Assembly (NCBI GenBank): GCA_030390025.1
Contig: CM059431.1
Span: 114,392,001 to 114,456,000, forward strand
Reading direction: 5' to 3'
DNA: 64,000 nucleotides
Source of the DNA: Squalus acanthias
Lineage: Eukaryota
In this document: piece after piece, positions 1-12,483 of the stretch
How positions within the stretch are numbered: position 1 is the first letter of the stretch
How the letters are laid out: every line of letters begins with the position of its first letter
Notes under the pieces: generated by a model
What the model saw: only the letters and a program-made list of their open reading frames with translations
Databases searched by the model: none
Told to the model about the DNA's origin: nothing
Position numbers and translations under genes: made by a program

Positions 1-35
1 CTTCAGCATGGTGAAAGGACTGACATAGAACAGCC

Positions 36-133
36 CTGACTTCAATAGAAAGGAAAATCAGGCGCAGTGTGTAACGGACAGCCGATCTGCTACAGGCCGT
101 TTTGTACCCCACCCCGAAGTTGAATTTCACCTC
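36..133. mobile_element. Right arm of a small Harbinger-type MITE
   Basis: Ends ...GTTGAATTTCACC. Roughly the reverse complement of the arm at ~54405-54490 (GTGTAAAACGGG...CCGATTTT...CCCATTGACTTCA). Confidence 0.4.
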
Positions 134-1519
134 AAATAATTGAGAGATTCTCTTTTTGATAGTTCACGCTTTCTTTTAAAACATGTTTAAAATAAATTCC
201 TCGGAGCTACTCCTGCGTTGCCAGCGTGACTTCAAACAAGTCACATCCCACGGAAACCCCATGGAGTACCGGCCGTTGCTTTGACAGTGGAGGTCACAGG
301 CAGAACTCCACGGTACCTCTAACGCTTTCACCTCCTGACCTGGGACAGGAGAGGAGAGGGGGAGAACTTGATGCTCTCCCTCATTTTCATCAACACAAAA
401 CAAAACAAGAAAGTTTTACCTCAGTAGTACAACGTTAAATTTCAAACTTGGATATTCAGTCACACCAGAACATTGTGCTGGAAACCTCTTTCAGAGCAAC
501 GTGGAATGTCTTTATCACTTGATCCCTATAAGCAGATCCTGCTAATTTGTGACTATCAGTGTGGATATAGTTGAACAATAATTGCCTTACATGTATTTAT
601 GACACAACTTAACAAATTAACAATAGATTCCACCTTAGTTGACTTACTGAATGATTCTTGCAAGTAATAATTACTAGTTAAGCTTGAAAACCAGAGGATC
701 CATTTATGCTTCACATCCACCTCTGCTGGATTCCCCAAAGTGTATCCCATCTGCTTTTGGGAGCTCTCATTGCAATATCCAGTGATTGCAGGATAAGCAC
801 ACCATTTTTTGGTCAATACTTTCCTATTAGCCTCATGGATCCATACATCATCGTCTTGCTTGCCTGGAGTGGGCTTATCTTTGTTGCAGAGGTTGGCTTT
901 GATTTATCTAACACCCAGGTTAATGAGGCATGGAGACCAGTATGGCTCCAAGGGTAATGCACTCCACTACAGAAATGCTTGAGCAGGATCAAGTGATAAT
1001 CTATAGTAGACTAAAAGGCCCTGCTCTTCAACAAATGTAACATTTGTCAAATGCTGCAACAAGACACTAATATTATCATACTATCCATTTGTATTATTTC
1101 TGACTGTAATATATTTCTCAAATATACATCCTGATGTGCAGCCTGAGCTGAATTCAGAAATTCATTAGCAAGCATCATAAATAAGCTGATAAAATTGGCA
1201 CAATTATTGGTCAGTAGTATTGATTTTTTTCCAAGTCATTAAACTCTTGCCAAGTGCTTGTTACATTTTAAATAATACTACGCTATATAAATAGTTTCAT
1301 CCACCACTTAAAATTCTCTTTGAGATGGAGCAAAAAAAATCACAAATAATATATCTTTCATTTGATGAACGAATAGGCTCAAATTTAGCTGTAAACAGTG
1401 GATGAAGTGTTTGAATGTCCTGCCACAAATAAACCACTTTGTAATATATCTGCAATATATAGCGACTGTCTAAACAAGGGAACTATATTGAATTAAGAGT
1501 GAGGTAGATGTTTTTCCAA

Positions 1520-1631
1520 CACACGCATGCACACACGTGCACGCACACACTCGCACATGCACGAACGCACATACGCGCGTGCATGCGCTCACACATTCAT
1601 CCGTGCGTGCACACACATGCGCGCACACACA
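1520..1631. repeat. Degenerate (CA/CG/TG)n alternating purine-pyrimidine microsatellite
   Basis: CACACGCATGCACACACGTGCACGCACACAC...GCGCACACACAC. Confidence 0.9.
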
Positions 1632-1859
1632 CTAGGTTCTTCCAATATTTCCCACTGCAGCCTTTCCTTCTTAAATGGAATTGCATAAATTGGCACCAAC
1701 AATTCAGGTATGTGATTGGCTAATGGAGGAGGCTCTTTTTTGGTGTACAGGAAATAGACAGAACTGGCACAAGATACATACAGCTGAGAAAGGTCTTTCT
1801 ACCCATCTTAATTAATCGATTCAGAAAACCCTACACCTGCTCCATTGCTACATCTAGTT

Positions 1860-3565
1860 TTTTTAAATGGCTTTTGCCCCTGCCACAGCACTGAAACAGT
1901 CCTAACCAAAATCACAAATGACATCCTCTGTGCTTGTAACCATGGTGCGTTATCCCTCCTCAAGTTCGCTGCAGCCTTTGTCATGGTCAACCATACCATC
2001 TTCCTCCGTTGTCCAGCTTGGTGGGATTCCCCTCGCTTGGTTCCAGTCATACCTATCTGAGTGTCAGCTGTGGCTCAGTTGGTAGCACACTTGCCTCTGA
2101 GTCAGAAGGTTGTGGGTTCAAGTCCCACTCCAAGCACTTGAGTACATAAAGCTAGGCTGACACTGCAGTACTAGTGCTGAGGGAGGGCTGTATTGTCAGA
2201 GGTGCCATCTTTCGGATGAGATGTTAAACCGAGACCCCGTCTGCTCTCTCAGGTGGACGTAAAAGATCCCATGGCACTAAGAAGAACAGGGGAGTTATCC
2301 CTGGTGTCCTGGCCAATATTTATTCCTCAACCAACACAACAAAAACAGATTATCTGATCATTATCACATTGCTGTTTGTGGGAGCTTGCTGTGTGCAAAT
2401 TGGCTGCTGTGTTTCCCACATTACAACAGTGACTCCACTTTAAAAAGTACTTAATTAGCTGTAAAGCGCTTTGAGATGTCCGGTGGTCGTTAAAGGTGCT
2501 ATATAAATGCAAGTCTTTCTTTGAGCATCTCCTGCAATGGTTTCTCTTCCTGCCCCACACTGTTATATTTTGAGTACCCCAAGAAACTGTCATTGGCACC
2601 ATGTTCTTCCTCATGTACATGCTGCCCCTTGGCGACATCATCTGTAGATATGGGATCAGCTTCCACATGTATGCTGATGGCATGCTCTACCTCTCCATAA
2701 ACCTATCTCATCTCTTCCCCTGCCTCTGTGTTATCAAATTCCTTGTCCAATATCAAATGAGCTCTAATTTCATGTAGTTAAACATTGGGAATACTGAAGC
2801 CATTGTCTTTGGTCCCTGTTGGAGCCTCGTCATCCACCTCCGTGGCCATTGTCTCAGGCTGAACCAGACTGTTTGCAATCTCTGCATCCTATTTGACCCT
2901 GAGCTGAACTTCTGACCCCATATCTTCTCTATCACAAAGACCACCTCTGCAACATTGCCCACCTTTGCCCCTGCCCGTCTGTCACTGAATCCCTCATCCA
3001 TCTCTTTGTCACCTCCAGACTTGATTATTCCAATGCTCTCCTGGCTGGCCTCCCATTCTCTACCTTCTGTAAACTCCAGTTCATCCAAAACTCTGCTGCC
3101 CATATCTTATCCCTTACCAGGTCCCACTGTCTTTGCTGACCTACGTTGTCCTTGGTCCCCAATGCCTCAAATTTAAAATGCTCATCCTCATGTTTAAATC
3201 CCTTCACGGTCTTGCCCTCCATTCCCTCCTCCAGCCCCACAACCCCTCCTCTGAACTCTCCGTTCCTCTGACTCTAGCCTTTTGTGCATTCCACCCTCCC
3301 TTCGCCCCCACCCTCTGTGGTTGTGACTATGGTGCATTATCCCTCCTCAACTTGAGGCGGTCATGCTTTCCGCTGTCTAGGCACCATACACTGGAATTCC
3401 CTTCCTAAACTCTTCCACCTCTCCAGCTCCTCTCTCCTCCTTTAGGGCCCTACTTAAAACCCATCTCTTTGACCAAGCTTAACATCTCCTTCATTGTTTC
3501 ATGTCCATTTTTGTCAAATTACGTCTCTCTAAATTGCCGTGGGACATTTTTTCTACATTAAACGT
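1860..3565 (+). mobile_element. Degraded L2-clade LINE (RT to 3' end), interrupted by a SINE
   Basis: Translates as GFCPCHSTETVLTKITNDIL and FHMYAD (YADD-like), followed by the L2 C-terminal region. Colinear with the L2 at 13700-16765. Confidence 0.85.
2059..2522 (+). mobile_element. tRNA-derived Deu-domain SINE (SacSINE1/DeuSINE-like), full length
   Basis: A box TGGCTCAGTTGG and B box GGTTCAAGTCC. Deu-like core GGTGCCATCTTTCGGATGAG...AAAGATCCCATGGCACT. L2-like tail GTAAAGCGCTTTG...GCTATATAAATGCAAGTCTTTC. Confidence 0.9.
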
Positions 3566-3589
3566 GATTTGTCATGTTCAGCCCACTGA

Positions 3590-3960
3590 CATATTTTGTC
3601 CCGTTCATTCTGTAGTTTCTGGGCTGCTTCCTTTGATTCCAACGATCTCCTAGTTTGGTATCATCTGAAAATTTAACCAGTTTGCATTGAGTTCCAGAAT
3701 TCAAGTCATTAGTGCAGATTAGAAATGGTAATAGTCCCAACACTAAGCCCTCGGGTACAACACAAAGTACTCCCCCACCCCCCTCATCGACACACACACA
3801 TACACACACCCCAACATTACCTTTCTACCCAGTAGCCATTGCTTTCCACCTTTCACCTACTTTCTTTTCTAAGTTTTTCCCCGAATCCCCATGGATTTGA
3901 GCTTATATGGTAATGTTTCAAGTGGAACTTTTTCAAATGTGTTTTGTGGACATCATTGTA
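3590..3960 (-). mobile_element. Old CR1 RT fragment
   Basis: VPEGLVLGLLPFLICTNDL...KFSDDTKLG resembles CR1 GVPQGSVLGP...KFADDTKLG. An upstream FEKVP motif is also present. Confidence 0.7.
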
Positions 3961-4604
3961 GGGTTTACCGCAGTCATTCACAAACTATTGATACATTCTG
4001 ATACAGCGAGTCAAAATGCACCTCTCACGAAGAACTGAGAATAAAAGTTGCAAAGCCTCTGTCTGGGAGCTCAGTGTTCTGCTGCGAGCACCACTGGGAC
4101 TTGTGATGTTGATTTCTTTACATATATTCTGTCAGATTCAGTCATCGGTTCTTTCCCTGGCTTTTAAAAGAAAGTCATATTTGACAAGTGGGACCCTAAA
4201 TTATGTTGTTAAGAATTGCTAACCTGTTAGCTACCTTCCACACCTGTCAAATCTAACTTATTTCCAATGACAGCTACGTTTTGTGAAATGATGGGGCTTC
4301 CTTCTGTGTGGCGCACTGCAAGAAATAACTTCACTCCACTCGAAACAATAGGTTTGAAATCCATGTCATTTTTTTTTCTCTTTAAAAATTGTTTCCATTG
4401 GTTTAACCTTGGCAGTGCTGATATTGGTGTTTTCTTTGGTGCCAAGCAGTCTGCTTTTGAGGAAACTTATAAGCTTTGGACAAATTTGCAGTAGTTACTG
4501 TGATTTTTTTTAATGAATTTCTATTTTGTGGTGAATTTTTTTGCTTGTTACAAGAAAGGATGTTAGTCCTGAGGAATGGAAAACATTTTTAGTTTTGGCC
4601 CCTG

Positions 4605-4960
4605 CTGTCGACATCAAGCGCTACCACACAAATATAGCAGAGCTTAGGTGCCTCGTACAACTCCGTCTACTCTCACCCAACAATGTACCTTAACCAAAAC
4701 TATTGGACAGGATCCACTACTACACTAGCGTGACTTTATTTTTCATCGGTGCACATTAACTATCCATTATGACCTGAGTGAGTTTGTCAATTTAGTGCAG
4801 TTTATGTTAAAGCAGTGTTGTGTGTGGCAGTTTAGCACTTGCAAAAAATAGGCTTACACTGACAAACTCATTTCACGTAGGACTTTTACAGCAATGAAGT
4901 AAGGAGTCAATAGTTCCATTAGTCTAGGCTGGTTTTGATTCTGGCAACACAAACATGCAG
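4605..4960 (-). mobile_element. LF-SINE-like ancient SINE relic
   Basis: Minus strand reads ...CCAGCCTAGACT...GTCCTACGTGAAATGAGTTTG..., matching the LF-SINE core CCTATGTGAAATGAGTT. Colinear with 36886-37240. Confidence 0.55.
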
Positions 4961-5243
4961 ACTAAACATGGCGACTTGACAGTTTATGTGTCATTTTAAC
5001 AAGATTTGTCCACAAAATATAATCCTGTGCATAATGTGAGACTTGGATTGGAAGGTCAGCATTAAGCTATACAGTTTAACAGTGCAGGTCCTTTACAGTT
5101 GACCAGACAATTCATATTGGATCTTGATTGTCCAGTAATTGTGCAGGCACTAAACAAGAGTGGGGCATGTGTCATCATGTGAACAACTTTTAGTGGTATC
5201 AAGGTATCTGTATTTAGTTTCTCTAATAATACTAGCATCCTAT

Positions 5244-5660
5244 AGTCCCACTCCAGAGACTTGAGCACATAAATCTAGGCTGACACTCCAGTGCAGTACT
5301 GAGGGAGTGCTGCACTGTCAGAGGTGCCGTCTTTTGGATGAGACGTTAAACTGAGGCCCCGTACGCTATCTCAGGTGGACGTAAAAGATCCCATGGCACT
5401 ATTTCAAAGAAGAGCAGGGGAGTTACCCCTCAGTGTCCTGGCCAATATTTATCCCTCAATCAACATCACTAAAACAGATTATCTGGTCATTGTCACATTG
5501 CTGTTTGTGGGAACTTGCTGTGCACAAATTGGCTGCTGCGTTTCCCACATTACAACATTACAACAGTGACTATACTTCAAAAAGTACTTCATTGGCTGTA
5601 AAGCGCTTGGGGACTTCCGGTGGTCGCAAAAAGCACTATATAAATGCAAGTCTTTCTTTT
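5244..5660 (+). mobile_element. DeuSINE copy, 5'-truncated
   Basis: Highly similar to 2121-2522, starting at AGTCCCACTCC. Confidence 0.9.
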
Positions 5661-6009
5661 ACTTCGTAGAGGCCAAGACTATTTAAGCTGTGCACTTTAT
5701 GGCAAGTTATCTTCTTTCGTCAGTATCCTAAAAATAACCAATATCAGCGGAGATTCTGAGCCCTGGGGTACCCGTGAACACCTTTTCATTTGATGTATTA
5801 AATGGTCTGCAACCATAGAATCTGCATAAAACCTTATAACCAAGAAGTACTGTGCCTGAAGAAATTGAACCATTCTTCTCAACAATTTGTACAGCATAGA
5901 ACACCAGGGGGAAACATTGCAGACGTTAAATTATACTCATCACAAAATCCATAACACACTGAAAGCATGGCACCAGCACAATGTGCAGAATTTATAAAAC
6001 GGCGTGAAG

Positions 6010-6115
6010 CCACAGAAATTCGCTGCTCGTACCCGACCCGCTGTCAAAAAAAAAACACTTTTCCACTCGACCCGTCACCGATCCCACCCGCTGAGCCTCC
6101 CGGAAAATTCCGGCC
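6010..6115. mobile_element. Right end of a Harbinger MITE
   Basis: GACCCGCTGTCAA...AAAATTCCGGCC, the same terminus as at ~19380-19456. Confidence 0.7.
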
Positions 6116-6148
6116 AACGTTTCAGGTCGATGAGCTTTCATCAGAACT
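6116..6148 (-). ncRNA. Minimal hammerhead ribozyme motif, truncated at its cleavage site
   Basis: AGUU-CUGAUGA-A-AGCUC-AUC-GACCU-GAA-ACGU-U. One stem II mismatch; the 3' strand of stem I is absent. Confidence 0.65.
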
Positions 6149-6559
6149 GACAGATTTTAGAGATTAACAGCTTTTAAGCAAGTACAGTGCCAGGGTAAAG
6201 GGGGGTGGGGTGGAGGGGGTGGGTGGCGGGGGGAGGTTGGAAAGAACAAAGGGGAAGGTCTGTGATAGGGTGGAGGGCAGGAGTGATTAAATGACAAAAG
6301 GCGCTGATGGTGCGAGGCCAAAGGGGGTGGTAATGGGACAAGTAAAGAAGCAAAATATGGTTCCAGAGGAGGCGTAAATGGCAGCAGCAGATCAGCAGAG
6401 GGGGAGGGAAGCATGGAAAATCTGGCAAAGAGGAGAAGGCTCCCACTGCCCAGGAATGTGGCAGAGAAAGGTAGGTAGACCCCAGGGGTGCGGACCACCC
6501 CAAGCACCAGCCCACAATTCTCCTATCCCAGTGGCTCTGGTGCAACCATCCTCCGTGAC

Positions 6560-6910
6560 TTGCCGTTGCAGATGCAACACCTGCTCTTTCACCTCCTCCC
6601 TTCCACAATTCAGGGCTCCAAAAATCTTCCAGCTCTAACAGCAACTTACTTGTACTTCTCCGAATGTAATATACTGTATTCACTGTTCACGATACGGTCT
6701 CCTCTATGTTGGGGAGAACAAATGCAGATTCGGTGATCGCTTTGCTGAACACCTCCACTCAGTCCGCAAGCATGACCCTGAGCTTCCGGCTGCTTGCCAC
6801 TTTAATTCTCCATCCCACTTCCATTCTGACCTCTGTGACCCTGGTCTCCTACACTGTTCCAATGAAGCTCAATGCAAGCTTGAGGAACAGCATCTCATCT
6901 TTCTACTAAG
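6560..6910 (+). pseudogene. Penelope GIY-YIG endonuclease remnant
   Basis: CNTC...TCTSPNVIYCIHCSRYGLLYVGENKCRFGDRFAEHLHSV...HFNS...KLEEQHLIF, with frameshifts and stops. Confidence 0.85.
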
Positions 6911-8399
6911 CACTTTACAGCCTTCCAGACTCAACATTGAGTTCAACAACTTTAGATCTTAACCGCGCTCCCATTTTCTCCGACAGCAGAGGCTGGTAAC
7001 AGAGAATGGCTGCACCAGTGCCACTGGGATTAGAGGAGGTATGGGCTGTTGCTTAGGGTGGTCTGTACCCCTGGAGTCTACCTACCTTACTCCGCCACAT
7101 TCTCGGGCAATGAGAGCCTTTTCATAATGGCCATTTTCATAACGGTGGGTTCTACTTGCTACGTTAAAACAACTATTTCATATTTTTCAAGTCAATTGAA
7201 GAGAAGTGCGTTTAAAAGGTGGTGGGTGGCACAGTATATTGGTGTTCCAATATGTTGTGCCATGAAATGGTAGGACATGGACTCACATCCGCAACTCCTC
7301 ACACGGAGAACTCCGAAGGGATATTTTTCTGATTTTGTGCTCTTGATGGCAGTCTCACTTGCCATGACCACATATTTGAAACCTGGCTATAGGCTACGCA
7401 CCATTTCATTTGAAATGGTCGGAGAATTGAGTGCCTGAATTTCCAATATATGCCCCCAATGGGCAAGGCTCCCCTATTGTGAGCGTGAAATCAGAAACTG
7501 ATCCCCTAATCTCAGCTGTGATCTCAATGGGAACTGCCAGGTAGAGCCTAGGGGCTTCTTCACAGGGAGGAAAGGAAAATCAAAAGGAATGTCATCCCAT
7601 TATGCTCTCATGCAGCACTTGTGGGCAGCCAGAGAGCACCATAGTGGTATTGATAAGTGCTTAATAGTGCAGAATACCCTGTAATCAGTTCCTTCTTATT
7701 TGGCAGTACAGAATGGATCTTCCAGCTGGTGGGATCAGTCCTGTTGGAGTGGAATATACGTGAGAGGGCCAGGAAATGCAGCAGGGAATACTTTTTGTCA
7801 GATCCCCGCCCGATTATTGCAACATACACAGAATGTGCAAGAGCTTCATTTTGAAATGATAATGGATGCTAAGAGGTCCCAGCATGCTTTCCCATCCGCT
7901 TAGGAAAGGATCCCACTGTGCTCTTGCTACTCACTCATCTGGCAAAAAGGGAAGCCCCATGTGCAGAGAAGCTCTTAAAGGGGCAGAGGCTACTTTGTAT
8001 GTTTTATTAATGGCTGTTTTCTCAAAGGCTTTTTAGTGCTAGTGTTTGTTCATTTTTTCTTTGTTTTAATTTCTCTGGCATCAGCACAGGGAAGGAATGC
8101 TTATGTAGAACCAAAAACAGCTAGATATTGTCTGCAAGGCCATTGGAAAGCCGATTGTAACAGAAGCATTTATAAGAGATCAACAAAGAGGAAGAAGACA
8201 GAGGATGAAGGGGATTACAAAATAAACCTTCACAGCACCTCAGGGAGCAACAAGGCTAACTGCAAGTTACAGAGTCCAATGCTAATTAGCAAATCAAATT
8301 AAAATAAATAATGGGGAGTGTTTTTTAAGTGCCCCAAAAACAGTATTTAGTGGTTGAAGCTGTAAAACAGTAGCCAGATTTCTCACACTTGCCTTTATG

Positions 8400-8780
8400 C
8401 CATGAGCCATATCTATAGGTCTTGACATACCCATCTGACAATGACTGAGGGCAACTATCTTTGTAGGCTTCGGGTAAGTTGCAGAACTACTACAAGAACA
8501 CCTACAGCCAATCTGTACTAAAGGCAGTCAAGGTTGCCATCACCGTCAACATTCCTGCCTCCGTGCCCTTCCAGGCTCGCAGAAAGATCATCTGCAGTAT
8601 CAGTCAATGTGCTGCCTACACATGTATCAAACAAGTGACAGATGCATTGATCAGCAGGACCAGCACTTACATCTTCCTCCCACTAAATAGTAACAGGAGC
8701 TTCGCACAGGTGCTTAATTTCACTGCATTGCTGCATTTCCAATGGAGGACAGCCATGTGGCCTGACAGGCAGCAGCTTTC
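8400..8780 (+). pseudogene. Harbinger (HARBI1-like) transposase N-terminal remnant
   Basis: AVKVAITVNIPASVPFQ...ICSISQCAAYTCIKQVTDALISRTSTYIFLP resembles the HARBI1-family ALNFFASGSFQ...GISQ...QVTDAL region. Confidence 0.75.
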
Positions 8781-9171
8781 TACTCTTCATCTGACACTTG
8801 ATTCTTCTCACCACTGCACTATCACTCATCCAATGCTACCTCCTGAACCTCACTAACTGCATCTTCTAGAATGGGTGTAGCTGTGGCGGTGCTTGCAAAC
8901 ATTAGTGAATGCAGGGAGCTGTTGTCTGGCTCTGGGCCATTGGAAATGATGGCAAGTAGCTCTTCCAAGCCGACAATAACAGAACAGGACCAAAAGTTAC
9001 AAAGCTCCCAGAAGCACCTTCAAACAAAGCTTGGACTGCAACGTACTACAAGCAATCTTTCTGTAAAAGGTGGAGACAAGACATAATAAAAGCTTGATGG
9101 CACTGGCGCTGAGCTTGGGGGAAGGCCTTCAGCTTCATCTTCCTTTATTATCTCATAGCTTTCATAGGCAA

Positions 9172-10987
9172 GGGCTTGTCATTTCTGGCTGCCCCCCAGT
9201 TGGAGTCTGTTGTCTTGTATTAAAGGCTGTGACTTTCCCTACCTCGGCGGGTCCATGGCGGGCGACATTGGTGGCGGATCCCGATCCCGCTGCTGTCTCC
9301 ATCCTGACCTCCGACATGACTTTCCCCTGATTGGGCTTGTTAAGCCCGCCCAGCGATTTTCCCAGCCAATTGAAGGAAGCGGGTCTGATGACATCATTTG
9401 ATGACGCGTCATCAGCCAGTTTCCTTAAAGGAACCATGTGCAAATTTACTTTGACATTTATGCTGTCAGTGTTCTACAGCATTGAGGTGCTGCAAACACA
9501 GACAATCACTGCACAGAGGTGCACGGCTGCACCTCGGCTCTCCCATGACTCCCTCCATATGCTAATGCAGGGTGCCACAGCACACAGGGAGGTTCTCTTC
9601 CCTTCCCATGGGTGGAAGAGACCTCCCCAGGAGATCATGCAGCCTAGTTACACATTGCAGAGGAGGGCACAAGCAGGGATGTCATCAGAAGGACCAGGGT
9701 GCAGTGGCACAAACCTTTCAATGATCTCAGTAGATTACAAAATATTACTGCAACGCCACACTCAACCTCATCCTGCTGTGCCTCTCATCACATCCCCATC
9801 ACTCTGCCTTCCCTACCCTACTCCTGCACATCCTTACTCACACCAACTTACCTTGCACCTCCACCCATCCCTCTCTATCTACATTATCACTTCCCCATCT
9901 CACTAGCCACCCCTCACACTCACCCTCGTCCTAGTGCAATCATACCAACTAACAATACACAAGGGTAGCCACTTTGTTGTTTTAGCCAATGTTCATGTGA
10001 AGTTTCTGTTATGGTGCTGTCAAACATTGATTTCTTTATTTTCAACACTTTGCTTTCTTGGACAGATTTGTGTGCACCTTTGGAAGTGGCTTAGTGAGTT
10101 GTAGTGAATGGTGAAACATAACGGTAACTCCCGCAATGCTGATGAGTGTGAAAGGAATGGCTTGGGCATTGTAGGGATACTTTATGTTGTTGGTGTGGGG
10201 TGGTGCCAACCTGGCGCATCATGTGGTAGCCAGGTTGTGCAGCGCCAAGTGAAGTAAATGTGGTCATGGTGAGGCCATCCCTGGTATCCCGGGCAGCAAT
10301 GTGGTCGGGTGCTGATGCCCTCTGTCCTGTGCAGTATCAGGTGATTGCAGACAAGGTTGGTGTGGTGCTACTGGTGTGACTGGTGATGCTGGTGTTGGGC
10401 CTGATCGTGGTCAGATTCTGAAGACCAAGGTGAGAAAGCATAAAGTGCACCCATGCTGATGGACTAGATGGCAGGTGAAGTAGAGATGACAGAAGCATTC
10501 TGTCAATGGTGGGAGAGGTAATGAGGTCAAACTGCATGGAGACTTGTGTAAAGACTTGCAGCATCCCGAATCTGTAGTGGAAATGCTGTTTAGAGATGCT
10601 AGTGCTTAAAGGAAGATATCTCAATCAGCTGGGAGCTTTGACTTGACATTTGAAGCTGTCAACTCATCAGCTGATTCAATGGCCACTGACCTCCCGCCTC
10701 AGCTTCACTGATGAGGTCTAGGCACAGCGGGAAACCGGTGGGAGACCTGTGAAAGTTAAAAAACTGGGAAAAAGGCATTGTTAAGTGGTTGTAAACAAGC
10801 CACTAATGATTTGAATTGGGTCCCCCACCACTGCCTGTCGGGTCTGCTCAGTGCTGGCAGACCCGACATTGGGAAAGTCCAGTGTGCGCGTTTTGACAGC
10901 GGGTTCCCGACCCGCTGTAATCATTTTAAATTTCACAGCTGACCTGCCACCAATCGGGTCCACTGAGCGCTGGCAAAATCGCAGCCA
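9172..10987. mobile_element. Non-autonomous Harbinger element with a Myb/SANT remnant (+) and probable transposase remnants (-)
   Basis: Termini GGGCTTG.../GGCAAAATCGCAGCC. 9740-10987 is repeated at 18176-19456. Confidence 0.75.
9510..9735 (+). pseudogene. Harbinger Myb/SANT-like DNA-binding protein remnant
   Basis: AAPRLSHDSLHMLMQGATAHREVLFPSHGWKRPP...RRTRVQWHKPFNDLSR (frameshifted). Confidence 0.7.
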
Positions 10988-11212
10988 TCTTGTCCAGCAA
11001 ATAGATTAGTCTTACAGTGACAGAGATGTGCTCAACCGATAGACTATCCTGTGTGTCAGTACATGAACATGGATCATACAACTAGGTTGAAGTACTATGA
11101 ATTGCTGTATGAAGCTCCTTAATGCTTTATAAACCCTAATCACTAGACCTTCTAAGATTTGAACAGTGCTCCAGGCTCACTGACACCTCTCTTATAGTCC
11201 AGCATGCGTTAC

Positions 11213-11654
11213 AAGAAAGAAAGAATTGCATTTATATAGAGCCTTTCACGACCACCAGACGTCCTAAAGCGCTTTACAGCCAATGAAGTACTTTTGAGCA
11301 TACAGCAACCAATTTGTGCACAGCAAGCTCCCACAAACAGCAATGTGATAATGACCAGATAGTCTGTTTTAGTGATGTTGATTGAGGGATACATATTGGC
11401 CAGGACACCAGGGATAACTCCCCTGCTGTTCTTCGAAACAGTGGCATGGGATCTTTTACATCCAGCTGAGAGCAGATGGGGCCTCGGTTTAATGTCTCAT
11501 CCGAAAGACGGCACCTCCAACAATGCAGCACCCCCTCAGTACTACACTGGAATGTCAGGCTAGATTTTTGTGCTCAAGTCTCTGGAGTGGGACATGAACC
11601 CATGACCTTCTCACTCAGAGGTGAGGGTGCTACCAACTGAGCCACAGCTGACAC
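11213..11654 (-). mobile_element. DeuSINE copy
   Basis: Reverse complement of 2059-2522, including the A/B boxes and the (CTTT)n tail. Confidence 0.9.
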
Positions 11655-11835
11655 AAGAGAAAGTTTGTCATCTGATAGGCTATCCCTTTTGCTCCTGTAG
11701 CCTTCATCCTCTCTCTCCATCAAATTTTTTTTCGCCTTTCCCTATTTTATTGACACCACTAAGATCAGGACCACTTGGAATGTTCTTCTTCATCCGCCTT
11801 CTTTCATCACCACTGTGCTCAAAGCAAGATACATC

Positions 11836-12483
11836 GGACTGGATTTTGATACTGGGGCGGGTTGGGGTCGTGTCATCCGCTTTTCGTGTTATCCACCCGA
11901 CTGCAATTGGATGTGGGAGATTGATGCAATTTTCACCTAATTGGGCAATTGAGTTCCAGCACGTGGGAACCCATGAACCAATTAGTGGTTTCAGTCTGAA
12001 AGTCGCCTCTGATGATGTCATCATTGCTGCTGCATTGAAGGTCAGAGACCGTCTGGCCTTTGCTGTGAGAGGACCTGGATGCAGAGAGAGAGAGAGAATT
12101 TATTTTGCACCACCACTCCCAGATACGGTTCCTCCATCCCAGATGCCTGCCAGCCCCAGTCACTGATAGTCAGCAATCCAAATGTGCTCCCGCCAGGTTT
12201 CACAATCGTGTTTCAGAACAGGCGTGCTTCACGGAGAACAAGGGTTAAAATCACAAAGGCCTTTCAAAATGGCATTATAGAGCCAATTTAGTGCTTGTTA
12301 AGAGCCTTAACAGCCTATCCCGTCTCTTAGAGGCGGGACAAAGTCAGGACCAGCAGACACGATTTAATGAAAATTGCGTAGAGGCGGGATGGAGGCGGAC
12401 TTGTGCCCGCCCGCCAGTTTTTGCAATTTTAACCCCCCACACGCCTCCAAACCCGCCTCCACGGGTCAATGAAAATCCAGCCC
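11836..12483. mobile_element. Harbinger-type MITE
   Basis: TIRs GGACTGGATTTT/AAAATCCAGCCC. 3-bp TSD ATC at 11833-11835 and 12484-12486. Confidence 0.85.

Larger units (their letters stand above)
6116..7125. mobile_element. Penelope-like retroelement: inverted 3'/pLTR segment (6116-6555, minus) joined to GIY-YIG plus partial pLTR (6556-7125, plus)
   Basis: 6430-6555 is the reverse complement of 7001-7125. HHR motif at the left end; GIY-YIG coding remnant inside. Confidence 0.85.

Noticed and set aside
176..480. Short ORFs and a possible minus-strand splice donor near 419
   Set aside because: No recognisable protein similarity and no partner exons.
2065..2135. Possible tRNA gene
   Set aside because: It is the tRNA-derived head of a SINE, continuing into the Deu core; several copies occur in the window.
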